In this document: positions 17,604 to 26,616 of the stretch, piece after piece | How positions within the stretch are numbered: position 1 is the first letter of the stretch | Layout of the letters: each line of letters opens with the position of its first letter | From: a virus | Lineage: Duplodnaviria > Heunggongvirae > Uroviricota > Caudoviricetes | IMG/VR virus record: IMGVR_UViG_3300025769_000070 | Length of the DNA: 52,961 nt | Strand: one strand, 5' to 3' | Notes under the pieces: generated by a model | The model's input: only the letters and a program-made list of their open reading frames with translations | What the model was told of the DNA's origin: nothing | Databases searched by the model: none | Program-made: the position numbers and the translations under genes

Positions 17604-17650
17604 AAGGGCTGCTACAGGTGTTTACATTATCCTGTGGTAGCCCTTTTTTT
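17604..17650 (+). terminator. rho-independent terminator
   Basis: AAGGGCTGCTACAGG-loop-CCTGTGGTAGCCCTT followed by a T run. Confidence 0.8.
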
Positions 17651-17682
17651 GTGCTATAAAAAGATAGAATATCATAAATACA

Positions 17683-18405
17683 ATGGAACAATTTAAAAAC
17701 GAAGTAGAACTGTTAGGGTATTATGGCAGTGATGAAGTTATCGCATGTTCCGCTTGGACAAGTACATCTCGTAATCTCACGGAAGAAAAAAGAGATAGGA
17801 TTCCGAAACTAATTAATGATCTCTGGTTGGCTGGTCACGAAACGCCCTTTGAAAAAGCCACGGTTCACTTTCTTGTTAATACTGATATAGCATCACATAT
17901 TCATTTGTTAAAGCATAGGATTTCCAGTCTGAATGCTGAGAGTGCTAGGTATAAAGAATTAAAAGAGGATAAATATTATCTGCCTGAAGATTGGGATTGT
18001 ATCAACATTAATTTAGATTGGGATAATGTTAAAGATGAACATGGGTTTCATTTAGGTGTCCCATTTAAATGTGCTGAAGTCAAAGACTGGAACGATATGC
18101 TTGGATGGTATACAAGATTGGGGAATTTTTTATACCATAGTGCCGTCAAAGATCTTGAACCAGTATTGGGACGCAAGCGAGCAAAAGAGTCAGCAAGATT
18201 CTTCAAGACCTACAACAGCCAGATTCAAGCCGATGTAATGTTCAACATGAGATCTTTTGCGAATTTCCTTAAGCTTAGAAATTCAGAACATGCACAGGTA
18301 GAGATCCGAGAAGTAGCACAAAAAATGTTAGAGCTTGTATCTAATATTGATGGCAATCCATTTCAACATACAATAACAGCTTTTAACAATAGGAGTAATT
18401 TGTGA
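17683..18405 (+). CDS. thyX: flavin-dependent thymidylate synthase
   Basis: HETPFE, HLLKHRISSLNAESARY (ThyX motif), HAQVEIREVA. Confidence 0.92.
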   Translation: MEQFKNEVELLGYYGSDEVIACSAWTSTSRNLTEEKRDRIPKLINDLWLAGHETPFEKATVHFLVNTDIASHIHLLKHRISSLNAESARYKELKEDKYYLPEDWDCININLDWDNVKDEHGFHLGVPFKCAEVKDWNDMLGWYTRLGNFLYHSAVKDLEPVLGRKRAKESARFFKTYNSQIQADVMFNMRSFANFLKLRNSEHAQVEIREVAQKMLELVSNIDGNPFQHTITAFNNRSNL

Positions 18406-18520
18406 TGAGCAATAAACCTTGTTCGTTCAGCGAATTGGCTTCGAATTTTGCGTGGACTCTTTTAACAGCTTTTTTAATTTGGTTGTCGGTAGTATCTCTA
18501 ATTATTAGAAAGATGTATTA

Positions 18521-18733
18521 ATGGCGAAAAATAAATATAAAGATCACAAATCAAAAGCTGTTACAGTTATAAGTACCCCAAGTTTTTATGGAAGTCACGC
18601 CTCAATGGTTGTTGAAGATTTGGGAGATGTGGTTGTTTGTAAGGATGATCGTGGCGAATACAAGACGCTGAAAAACAGGCTGGATAATGGACTGGCTGAC
18701 CCAAGTAGGAACAATCAAAAGAGGTTCTTATAA
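18521..18733 (+). CDS. phage hypothetical protein
   Basis: 70-aa ORF in an operon-like run. Confidence 0.6.
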   Translation: MAKNKYKDHKSKAVTVISTPSFYGSHASMVVEDLGDVVVCKDDRGEYKTLKNRLDNGLADPSRNNQKRFL

Positions 18734-18935
18734 TATGAATAAAATGAGAAATAAATTGAAGGAACATATTAGAAAAAATATAGACGATGTAAAAATATCT
18801 ATTGATATATTTAATGAAAAACCATATTATGTTAGAAACTTTATAGCCGAAAAAGGTCTAGAGTATACACCAGATCAATTAAATAAGATGATGTGTATAA
18901 TAAAAGAACTGGTAGAGGAAATTAATAATGAGTAA
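18687..18935 (+). CDS. hypothetical protein
   Basis: ORF in the run; the true start is probably just after 18733. Confidence 0.55.
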   Translation: MDWLTQVGTIKRGSYNMNKMRNKLKEHIRKNIDDVKISIDIFNEKPYYVRNFIAEKGLEYTPDQLNKMMCIIKELVEEINNE

Positions 18936-19090
18936 GAAAAAAAGAGACTTGAAAAAAAAGAAGGCAAAGAAATTAAGAGCTAAAACAAAAGTCATGAAGC
19001 GTAGAGAATTAATTCGTGAAGAGTCTAAAACAGCAAAAGAACTTTCAAAATTAAAATATGAGAATCGAGAAAGGTTAGAGCCTATTAGAA

Positions 19091-19336
19091 ATGAATAAAT
19101 ATTATGTACAATCAGGAGATATCAAGTCTGTAATTCACGCTAAGTCTGATAGAGAAGCTTGTTATACCCTGCTGAAAAAACACATGTCTAACGATCTAAT
19201 GATTAGTCAGGCTTTTGTGGTTAGTCAGCGGGGTTTCCCATTGGATAGAGAGCCTTTTGTTATGGATACGACTGAAGCTATATTCTCTTCAGTAGAAATT
19301 TATGAAGACTTTAAAAACATAGAAAAACATTTATGA
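19091..19336 (+). CDS. hypothetical protein
   Basis: 81-aa ORF, coupled to the next gene. Confidence 0.6.
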   Translation: MNKYYVQSGDIKSVIHAKSDREACYTLLKKHMSNDLMISQAFVVSQRGFPLDREPFVMDTTEAIFSSVEIYEDFKNIEKHL

Positions 19337-19893
19337 ACAGATTAAAAAACTCATTAGTATATTTGTCTGGACCGATGGATCGTGTAGTCGATTGGAATGA
19401 TGCCGTTACTTGGCGAAATGATCTTAAAGAGTTCCTGTTTAATAAAAACGTAGGGGTATTAGACCCTTGCGATAAGGCTTGTGCCTTTGGTGTAGAAAAT
19501 GAAGGAACTAGGGATTTAATTAATAAATTAAAAGAGGAAGAGAGATATGATGAGATAGTAGAGACCATGAAGCCTATATGCTCCATTGACCTAAGAATGG
19601 TAGATATTGCACATTTTATTATTTTGTATATCGATTTAGATGTATTTATGACCGGATCTTTTCATGAATCATTTATGGGTATTGCTCAGAAGAAACCAGT
19701 TTTAGTGGTTTGCAAGCAAGGTAAGAAGAATATCCCCAACTGGATGTTCGGGGTAAATCCTCATGAACTCATGTTTTCGAACTGGATTGAATTAAAAGAT
19801 TATCTCCAATATATTGACACGGCTGAAATAGTCGAACATTTTAAACGATGGAGATTTATTGATATGGATTATGTTTATGGCAAAACCTCATGA
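19333..19893 (+). CDS. nucleoside 2-deoxyribosyltransferase-like protein (NDT superfamily)
   Basis: VYLSGPM, VLDP, IDLRMVD.AHFIILY, GSFHE, KPVLVV. Confidence 0.75.
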   Translation: MNRLKNSLVYLSGPMDRVVDWNDAVTWRNDLKEFLFNKNVGVLDPCDKACAFGVENEGTRDLINKLKEEERYDEIVETMKPICSIDLRMVDIAHFIILYIDLDVFMTGSFHESFMGIAQKKPVLVVCKQGKKNIPNWMFGVNPHELMFSNWIELKDYLQYIDTAEIVEHFKRWRFIDMDYVYGKTS

Positions 19894-20170
19894 AGTAGAC
19901 ACTAGATTAATTATAGAATTTTTTGAAGACAAGCATACTCAATCTGAGGCTTTTAATTATATTAGCCTTATTAGAGCATATGATAGGTCTAAACCAAAAA
20001 ATGAATCGCTACTATTAGAAGCTAATAATATAGCTCTAAACATGGCGTCACTCACACCTTATGATGAAGTCATATTGGATGGCAAATTAACTACATCAGT
20101 TAATGACATTATGCTGGTAACATGTTTATATTTAAATGAACTAGGGATTATTCCAAGTTATGAAAAATAG
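19877..20170 (+). CDS. hypothetical protein
   Basis: ORF overlapping both neighbours. Confidence 0.55.
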   Translation: MAKPHEVDTRLIIEFFEDKHTQSEAFNYISLIRAYDRSKPKNESLLLEANNIALNMASLTPYDEVILDGKLTTSVNDIMLVTCLYLNELGIIPSYEK

Positions 20171-21146
20171 TATTATTTCTGTAGTAATACCTACATTCAA
20201 ACCAAATAGTGAACTTCTAAAAAAGACATTATTCTCAATACTGCATCAGTCAATTAAGCCAGATCAAGTAGTAGTTGTTGATAATGGAGAACAAGATCAT
20301 CCTGATGCTATCAAAACATTAGTTGAGAGTTTTGGTTTTAAGTACATATACAACGAAGAAGCTGGGGCTAATCCGGCACGCAACTTAGGAGCTAGTATAT
20401 GTAAAGACGGGGTATTATTTTTCACAGATGATGATTGTGAATTAAAACATGATTGTTTAGAGCGTCATTTAGATGTTCACTCCAAAGGAAATTTTATTGT
20501 TGGTGGAAAAGTTGATTTAAAATACAATGCTCCAGTACCAGTATGGATGTGTTTGCATTTTGAATCAATGCTGGCTAAATTAGATTGGACACCTGACAAT
20601 GTTATTGATGGTGTTATTCTAGATATTACTGATAATAGGTCACATTATTTGGTATCAGCAAATCTTTCTATCAAAAGTGATTCTTTTCGAGAGTATGGAG
20701 GATTTGACAATCGTGATGGATACAGAGGAAAAGATTTATTAACGGCCAATGATGAAATGATGCTATTGGAGACTTGTAGAACTTCCAATAAGACACGTTT
20801 GGTATTTAACTCATTTTGTCAAGTCAAACATAATATTCCAGAGGCACGTCTAACAGAAGAATATATGGAGCGAAGGTTTTATGGTCAGGGTATAGCAGAC
20901 GCAAAGAGTTCAGTTAGAAGCCCACATTTAAAAAATATAGACCCTCCAGTAGATCTGGATGATCATAAAATGATTTTAGCAAATTCATTATTAAAATTTG
21001 TAGTCGGTACTGATCATTATTCAAATTTATGCTCTAGAATACTAACTGGTAACAAATTAATTGATCGTGAAATCAATAAAGTATTTATGATTTGTTATTG
21101 CAAGTACATTCAAGGAATAAATGACTTTCTATGCAAAAATTTATAG
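20160..21146 (+). CDS. glycosyltransferase family 2
   Basis: SVVIPTF, VVVDNG, ARNLG, FTDDD, ANLSI, GGFD. Confidence 0.9.
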   Translation: MKNSIISVVIPTFKPNSELLKKTLFSILHQSIKPDQVVVVDNGEQDHPDAIKTLVESFGFKYIYNEEAGANPARNLGASICKDGVLFFTDDDCELKHDCLERHLDVHSKGNFIVGGKVDLKYNAPVPVWMCLHFESMLAKLDWTPDNVIDGVILDITDNRSHYLVSANLSIKSDSFREYGGFDNRDGYRGKDLLTANDEMMLLETCRTSNKTRLVFNSFCQVKHNIPEARLTEEYMERRFYGQGIADAKSSVRSPHLKNIDPPVDLDDHKMILANSLLKFVVGTDHYSNLCSRILTGNKLIDREINKVFMICYCKYIQGINDFLCKNL

Positions 21147-21784
21147 TTGTTTGTAGAGCTAGAAGCGGCTCTGAAGCTCTTATGAATTGTGTTAAACAAC
21201 ATCCAGATATTAACGTCTATGGCGAAATTTTTAACTATTATAGGAAGACGAATTTATTCTGTAAAAAAGAAGGCCTACCTTATTTAGATTATGAAGAGAA
21301 CTCATTACTTTTTTCAAAAAATAATTGTATAGAAGCACATAAAAAATATGATGGTTTTAAACTTCTATTATGTCATTTAAATGAGGATGTAGCAGACTAC
21401 CTAAAAGAAGTATATGTTTTTAGTCTCTACAGAGAAAATTTGTTAGAGATGTATGTTTCCTATCTAGTAGCTCTACAAACTAAAGTTTGGGCAAAAAATA
21501 ATAAAGAATTTACAGGTACTGTAACTGTTGATATTGATCTTTTAGAAAAAGATATATCATCTACTAAAAAACAATACAGTGATATTGAACAACATGTTGA
21601 TAGAAAATTGTATTATAAAGATGGGGTAATAAAAAATTCACAGATAATATTTGAGTCTTTGAATTTAAAAGAATTTACACCTAACGTAGAAGATAAAAAA
21701 AGAATATTACGACCAATATCAGATGTAATAGAAAATTACAACGAGGTAAAACATTTTGACCACTCAGACTATTTTTACAGGTGA
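21131..21784 (+). CDS. PAPS-dependent sulfotransferase (Stf0-like)
   Basis: 5'-PSB loop RARSGSEAL, HP...GEIF, 3'-PB motif LYRENLLEMYVS. Confidence 0.75.
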   Translation: MQKFIVVCRARSGSEALMNCVKQHPDINVYGEIFNYYRKTNLFCKKEGLPYLDYEENSLLFSKNNCIEAHKKYDGFKLLLCHLNEDVADYLKEVYVFSLYRENLLEMYVSYLVALQTKVWAKNNKEFTGTVTVDIDLLEKDISSTKKQYSDIEQHVDRKLYYKDGVIKNSQIIFESLNLKEFTPNVEDKKRILRPISDVIENYNEVKHFDHSDYFYR

Positions 21785-22292
21785 CGATTGGGTATCACAA
21801 AATGTAGATCTTTGGAAACGAACTATTCCCAATCCTGAAGATATAAAAACATTTATAGAAATAGGAAATTGGGAAGGTAGATCTACTCTATGGTGGGCTA
21901 ATTATTGTATTAATGCTAAAATACTTTCTATAGATCCTTCTGGAAATTTAGATAGAAGAAAAAATCTACTTCATAATATTTCTATTAGTGATAGAGCCAA
22001 CTCTATAAATTTACGTTTTGACTTATCTAAAAATGTATTACCTTTTATTCAAAAAGAATCTATAGACTTAATCTACGTTGATGGATCACATGAGGCTAAA
22101 GATGTCCTACTTGATGGACTAATGTGTTGGAAAGCTATAAAAAAAGGAGGCATTATCATATTCGATGATTATGGTTTGGAAGAAAAAATTGGCTATAAAA
22201 AGAAAAAGCCCTCAATAGGGATGGACGCCTTACTTTCCGTCATTGATTGTAAGATTCTTCACAAAGAATGGCAATTAGTAATTCAAAAATAA
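21756..22292 (+). CDS. class I SAM-dependent methyltransferase (type 24-like)
   Basis: EIGNWEGRS, DLIYVDGSH, GGIIIFDDY. Confidence 0.88.
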   Translation: MTTQTIFTGDDWVSQNVDLWKRTIPNPEDIKTFIEIGNWEGRSTLWWANYCINAKILSIDPSGNLDRRKNLLHNISISDRANSINLRFDLSKNVLPFIQKESIDLIYVDGSHEAKDVLLDGLMCWKAIKKGGIIIFDDYGLEEKIGYKKKKPSIGMDALLSVIDCKILHKEWQLVIQK

Positions 22293-22305
22293 ATAGAAAA
22301 TTATT

Positions 22306-23382
22306 ATGAAACTCAATTTGATTTCCCCTTTTAATACCGTCTCTTACGGTTATGTCGGATGTTATCTATTTCGGGAACTTATTAATCTTGGGGTTGATAT
22401 AGCAGCCGATTGCATTCCTAATAGTAGGCAATTCTCAGCAGAACCCAAGTTCCAAAATATAAAAGCCTACACAGATAGCTTTAGTTATACATTCCATCAC
22501 GATGCCCCTTGTCTAAAAATCTGGCACCAGCATGACTTGAGAGGATTCGTTGGGAACGGTAAGAAGATTGCCTTTCCTATTTTCGAGCTAAACAGATTCA
22601 CTAAAGAAGAGAGGCATAATTTAGAGTATCCAGATGAAATCCTTGTATGCTCTGAATGGGCCAAAAATATTGTTTTAAGCGAGACAAATCGAAAATCTGA
22701 AACCATCCACGTTGTACCTTTAGGAGTTGACACAGAGCTTTTTAAGCCGGTAGAATCGAGTCAGGACTCTACAGTACGATTTGGAAATTTTGGGAAATGG
22801 GAATTAAGAAAAGGACATGATGTCTTAATTGATGCATTTAATAGAGCTTTTGAAATTGATGATGATGTCGAATTAATTATGTCTCCACATAATTTTTTCT
22901 TAACAGAACAACAATCCCAAGAATGGATCAATTACTATGGATCTAGTAAGTTGGGATCAAAGATTAAAATTGCAAAGAGGCAGGAGACTCATGAAGAGGT
23001 GTATAATATTATGAAAATTGTTGATTGCGGAGTATTTCCAGCACGAGCAGAGGGTTGGAACATGGAAGTTCTTGAATTAATGTCTTGCGGTAAACATATC
23101 ATTACAACAAATTGCACAGGACATACTGAATTTTGCAATGAGGCAAATAGTAAATTAATAGAAATGGATGAAATGGAAACAGCTTTTGATGGGGTATTTT
23201 TCCGAGGACAAGGAGAGTGGCATTCTTTCAAGGATAAACAAATAGATAAATTAGCAGAGTATATGCGTAATTTTTATAATTCGCAAAAAAAAGTAAATCA
23301 AGCAGGAATTAATACTGCAAATAATTTTACTTGGACAAATTCTGCTAAAAAGATAATAGACGTATTAAAAGGTGGATCATAA
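22306..23382 (+). CDS. glycosyltransferase family 4 (GT-B)
   Basis: VVPLGVD, GKWELRKGHDVL, FPARAEGWNMEVLE. Confidence 0.9.
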   Translation: MKLNLISPFNTVSYGYVGCYLFRELINLGVDIAADCIPNSRQFSAEPKFQNIKAYTDSFSYTFHHDAPCLKIWHQHDLRGFVGNGKKIAFPIFELNRFTKEERHNLEYPDEILVCSEWAKNIVLSETNRKSETIHVVPLGVDTELFKPVESSQDSTVRFGNFGKWELRKGHDVLIDAFNRAFEIDDDVELIMSPHNFFLTEQQSQEWINYYGSSKLGSKIKIAKRQETHEEVYNIMKIVDCGVFPARAEGWNMEVLELMSCGKHIITTNCTGHTEFCNEANSKLIEMDEMETAFDGVFFRGQGEWHSFKDKQIDKLAEYMRNFYNSQKKVNQAGINTANNFTWTNSAKKIIDVLKGGS

Positions 23383-23684
23383 TGGGGTTATTTAGTCGAT
23401 GGAAGAAGCCAAAAAAACAAACATTCTTTAAGTTTTTTATATCTGAAGACGGCGAATCAATAGATTATGAATTTGAAACATTTGATTTAGACAGATTCTT
23501 ACAGATGATGGCTATATTATTATCAGGCTCAATTAGTGAAGAAATAATTGATTGCATTTTTAAAGAAATAAATGACGAAAAGATAAAAGATTCATTTGTT
23601 AATGATCTATTAAATAGAATAGACGAATCTCTAAGTAAAAGAGGAGAAGATTTGGTTGTAAATCCATCTGAATTTAACCTGTAA
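23382..23684 (+). CDS. hypothetical protein
   Basis: 100-aa acidic ORF. Confidence 0.6.
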   Translation: MGLFSRWKKPKKQTFFKFFISEDGESIDYEFETFDLDRFLQMMAILLSGSISEEIIDCIFKEINDEKIKDSFVNDLLNRIDESLSKRGEDLVVNPSEFNL

Positions 23685-23693
23685 GGTAAAAAT

Positions 23694-24293
23694 ATGAATA
23701 ATATAATGGCATGGGAAAAATGGGATGAGGGAGATTTCTTTAGTGAGGAATTAAGTGATGAAGAAATAAATGACTTTGAAAAAAACTCAGATTTAGAAGG
23801 TATTAATTTTAACGCATTCCCTATAGTCTTTCCTAAAGTCAGAACTCCTTTGGGATTTGTAAGTATAGATGATCCACTAAGACCAGCTTTAATGTTCGAT
23901 TGTTGGATAGGTCATACTAATTTTGGGATAACAGAAGAAGTTAAAAGAATTATTGAAAGTACACCCGGTGTGGAAGTCTTAAAAATAATGACTCCGTACC
24001 GTTTTTTCATTGGTGTCGGAAAACTTTTTAAATTCCGTGACGTTAGAGAGCATATTCAGTCTTCACTGAATGTAAAAACAGAAGATAAAGAAAATTCTGA
24101 AGATATTAACTTACTTACAATTATAAAAAGGCAGTTAAAATCTTATAAGCGTTGGGCAATATTCTATTCTAAAGAGGGGACTATAGAATATGCGGCTTCA
24201 AATGAAGATAATGATGTAGAATTTGAAACGACTGTTCAGAAGTTTACAGAAGATAAAAATTTTACAGTTATAAAATCAGAAGATGAAGAATAA
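23694..24293 (+). CDS. phage hypothetical protein
   Basis: 199-aa ORF. Confidence 0.7.
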   Translation: MNNIMAWEKWDEGDFFSEELSDEEINDFEKNSDLEGINFNAFPIVFPKVRTPLGFVSIDDPLRPALMFDCWIGHTNFGITEEVKRIIESTPGVEVLKIMTPYRFFIGVGKLFKFRDVREHIQSSLNVKTEDKENSEDINLLTIIKRQLKSYKRWAIFYSKEGTIEYAASNEDNDVEFETTVQKFTEDKNFTVIKSEDEE

Positions 24294-24372
24294 AGGTGTA
24301 TAATATTATTGGACCAGGAATCTTATTTATAGGATAATAAGGATGTGAATATATAGAAGTTGGAGAATATAA

Positions 24373-24981
24373 ATGACTATTCCTTCAGTTTATAAACGAA
24401 ATACCGTTGGTGGTGCTTTTACTGCTGAAAATATAGGTGGTACAGCAATTGGTATTACATCTGCTACTAGTACTACTGCTGGTAATCCTATAACACGAAC
24501 ATTTACTCTTGCAGATCAAGGGGTAGATGGTATTGATCGTAAAACTGGTCCTAAAGATGTTGATTATACAATAGAGGCTTTAGCCAATACTGGAACGTTT
24601 GCTTACGATCAGACATCTTTTATGTTCCGTGGAAATCAAGCTAATAATACCATTAATGGTACTGCTAGTACTCTATTAAGTATCAATGGAAATGAGCAGT
24701 ATCGTGATAGTAATCACAGTACTCTTGCTCCTATTGGTGCAAAAGTTCTTACGGCATGGGCAAGCAATTCTTTCGATCCTCTTGGCGTTTCTGGTCAACG
24801 TCATAATTGGGGTTCTGGAATTCCAGCTACAATGACAGGCACTAACTTCAATAACACGTTTGGCGGAACTGCTACTGCTGATGATGCTATTGGAACTGAT
24901 GCCGTCCCTGGAGAATTGACTTACATGTATGGTGCGATTCTTGCAAATACTGGTGAGTACCAGCCAAGAACTTTGACTTAA
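24373..24981 (+). CDS. Thr/Gly/Ala-rich protein, possibly a virion structural protein
   Basis: Composition typical of structural proteins, strong GGAG RBS, followed by a hairpin. Confidence 0.6.
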   Translation: MTIPSVYKRNTVGGAFTAENIGGTAIGITSATSTTAGNPITRTFTLADQGVDGIDRKTGPKDVDYTIEALANTGTFAYDQTSFMFRGNQANNTINGTASTLLSINGNEQYRDSNHSTLAPIGAKVLTAWASNSFDPLGVSGQRHNWGSGIPATMTGTNFNNTFGGTATADDAIGTDAVPGELTYMYGAILANTGEYQPRTLT

Positions 24982-25001
24982 TAGTAATCTAATGCAATCA
25001 T

Positions 25002-25040
25002 GGATAGAGCCACATTAGAAATTCTGGTGTGGCTTTATTC
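25002..25040 (+). terminator. stem-loop, probable terminator or processing site
   Basis: GGATAGAGCCACATTAGA-AAT-TCTGGTGTGGCTTTATTC, fully paired allowing G-U. Confidence 0.65.
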
Positions 25041-25058
25041 TTGTGAGGAGCTTTTATA

Positions 25059-25457
25059 GTGTCCGATGAAAAAATAGAAATCTCTAAATTTAATTTCTGG
25101 CTTATTACTACTTTACTTAGTGGGCTTGTTTTAGGTATTGGTGCATGGGCAACTTCTATTAATTCACAGATGGTACAAAGTCAAGTTGCTATGGCTGAAG
25201 TAAAGGGCATGGTATCTTCTATTGATTCTAGATTAAAAGAAAATCTAGAAGCTACAAATAGAATACATAAAATAGAATCAGATCTTAGAGCTTTAACAGT
25301 TTCTGTATCAATAAATACAGAAGATTTACATTCAAGGCGTGGTATTAGATTCAATATGCCTGATTATGATAAATATGTCAGACCTGTTCAAGAGGACTTG
25401 TTAAAACGTATTACTAAAATAGAATCACAAATAGAGTCTCGTTATGAAAAAAATTAG
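25059..25457 (+). CDS. single-TM coiled-coil protein
   Basis: N-terminal TM helix followed by heptad-like region; GAGGAG RBS, GTG start. Confidence 0.65.
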   Translation: MSDEKIEISKFNFWLITTLLSGLVLGIGAWATSINSQMVQSQVAMAEVKGMVSSIDSRLKENLEATNRIHKIESDLRALTVSVSINTEDLHSRRGIRFNMPDYDKYVRPVQEDLLKRITKIESQIESRYEKN

Positions 25458-25980
25458 CTTATTATTAATATGTTTGATTTTTTTCTCGTGTTGGTATTCT
25501 ATAAAATTAATATATCAAATACAAAATAATCTTATAGACACTAACTATGCGGTTTTAGGTAATATTAATAATATAGAAAGACTTGGCGTTCTAACTAATG
25601 AAATCAAGGAAGAACAGATTAAAAGAACAAGAAATGTATATACTGTGCCATTTTTAATTGATGAGATATTAAAAAAAAAATTATTTTTAAATGGAATAAT
25701 ATTGTGTGACAAAAATGGTAAAATTATTGGAATAACACCAGGAGCTAAAGAATTATTAGGATTTAGTAAAGAAGACCCAGAAAATTCACTAAAAAGCATA
25801 TTTGATATAATCCCTATTGAGCATAGGGAAAGTCATAAAGAATATCTATTAAATGAAAAGACGCATAGTAGTCCGTTAATGAAGGCGACTATTGGAATAG
25901 AAAATAGACGGGTTGAGGTATCCTTTCACTTTTTAAGTACTGAAGAAACTTATATAGTTCACTTAAGAGAGGTGTCTTAA
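25444..25980 (+). CDS. membrane-anchored PAS-domain protein
   Basis: N-terminal TM; PAS pattern GIILCDKNGKIIGITPGAKELLGFS...IFDIIP..HRESH. Confidence 0.7.
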   Translation: MKKISLLLICLIFFSCWYSIKLIYQIQNNLIDTNYAVLGNINNIERLGVLTNEIKEEQIKRTRNVYTVPFLIDEILKKKLFLNGIILCDKNGKIIGITPGAKELLGFSKEDPENSLKSIFDIIPIEHRESHKEYLLNEKTHSSPLMKATIGIENRRVEVSFHFLSTEETYIVHLREVS

Positions 25981-25981
25981 T

Positions 25982-26602
25982 ATGGTGTTTATCCCCTATG
26001 AAGAGGCTAAAAATATCATAAAAGAAGGAGATATACTTCTATTTAAAGGAACTGGCTTTATAGGATTTCTTATCAAAAGATATACTGATGGAGAGCATAG
26101 TCATGTAGCTATGGCTCATCTAGATGGAGATACTTGGGAGTGTGTTGAGTTTAGAGAGTTTCTCGGTGGAAGGTCTGTCTCATTAAGAAGTCAAGTTTCA
26201 AACAATCCTACTACGATTGACGTATTTAGACCTTTAAATAATATCTCTTATGAAGATTTTAATGAAAATAATGAGATAATTATTGTAAATAAAAGATACA
26301 CTGAAGAAGTGGCAAAAAATACTGTCAAAGATATTATAAAATGGACTGGGCAATCATATGGATGGATAAATATTTTTACAATGATTGTTCGCTTCATTCC
26401 GTTTGCTAAACTTTTATTAAAACAAGATACTGATGATGATGAGTTATCTCATGCAAAAGTTTGTTCAACCGCAGTAACTATAGCACTAAGAAAGAATTAT
26501 ATGGACCCTGTGCCTTATTTAGCAGATGATAGAGTTTCACCGGCTGATTTGGCAAGAAGTCCTTTGTTACAGTACCTTTTCACTATTGAAAAGGATTTTT
26601 AA
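25982..26602 (+). CDS. permuted papain-like (NlpC/P60, YiiX/YebB-type) amidase
   Basis: EGDILLF, SHVAM (His before Cys), Y.W, VCST. Confidence 0.8.
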   Translation: MVFIPYEEAKNIIKEGDILLFKGTGFIGFLIKRYTDGEHSHVAMAHLDGDTWECVEFREFLGGRSVSLRSQVSNNPTTIDVFRPLNNISYEDFNENNEIIIVNKRYTEEVAKNTVKDIIKWTGQSYGWINIFTMIVRFIPFAKLLLKQDTDDDELSHAKVCSTAVTIALRKNYMDPVPYLADDRVSPADLARSPLLQYLFTIEKDF

Positions 26603-26616
26603 ACCGGGGGTGTAAG

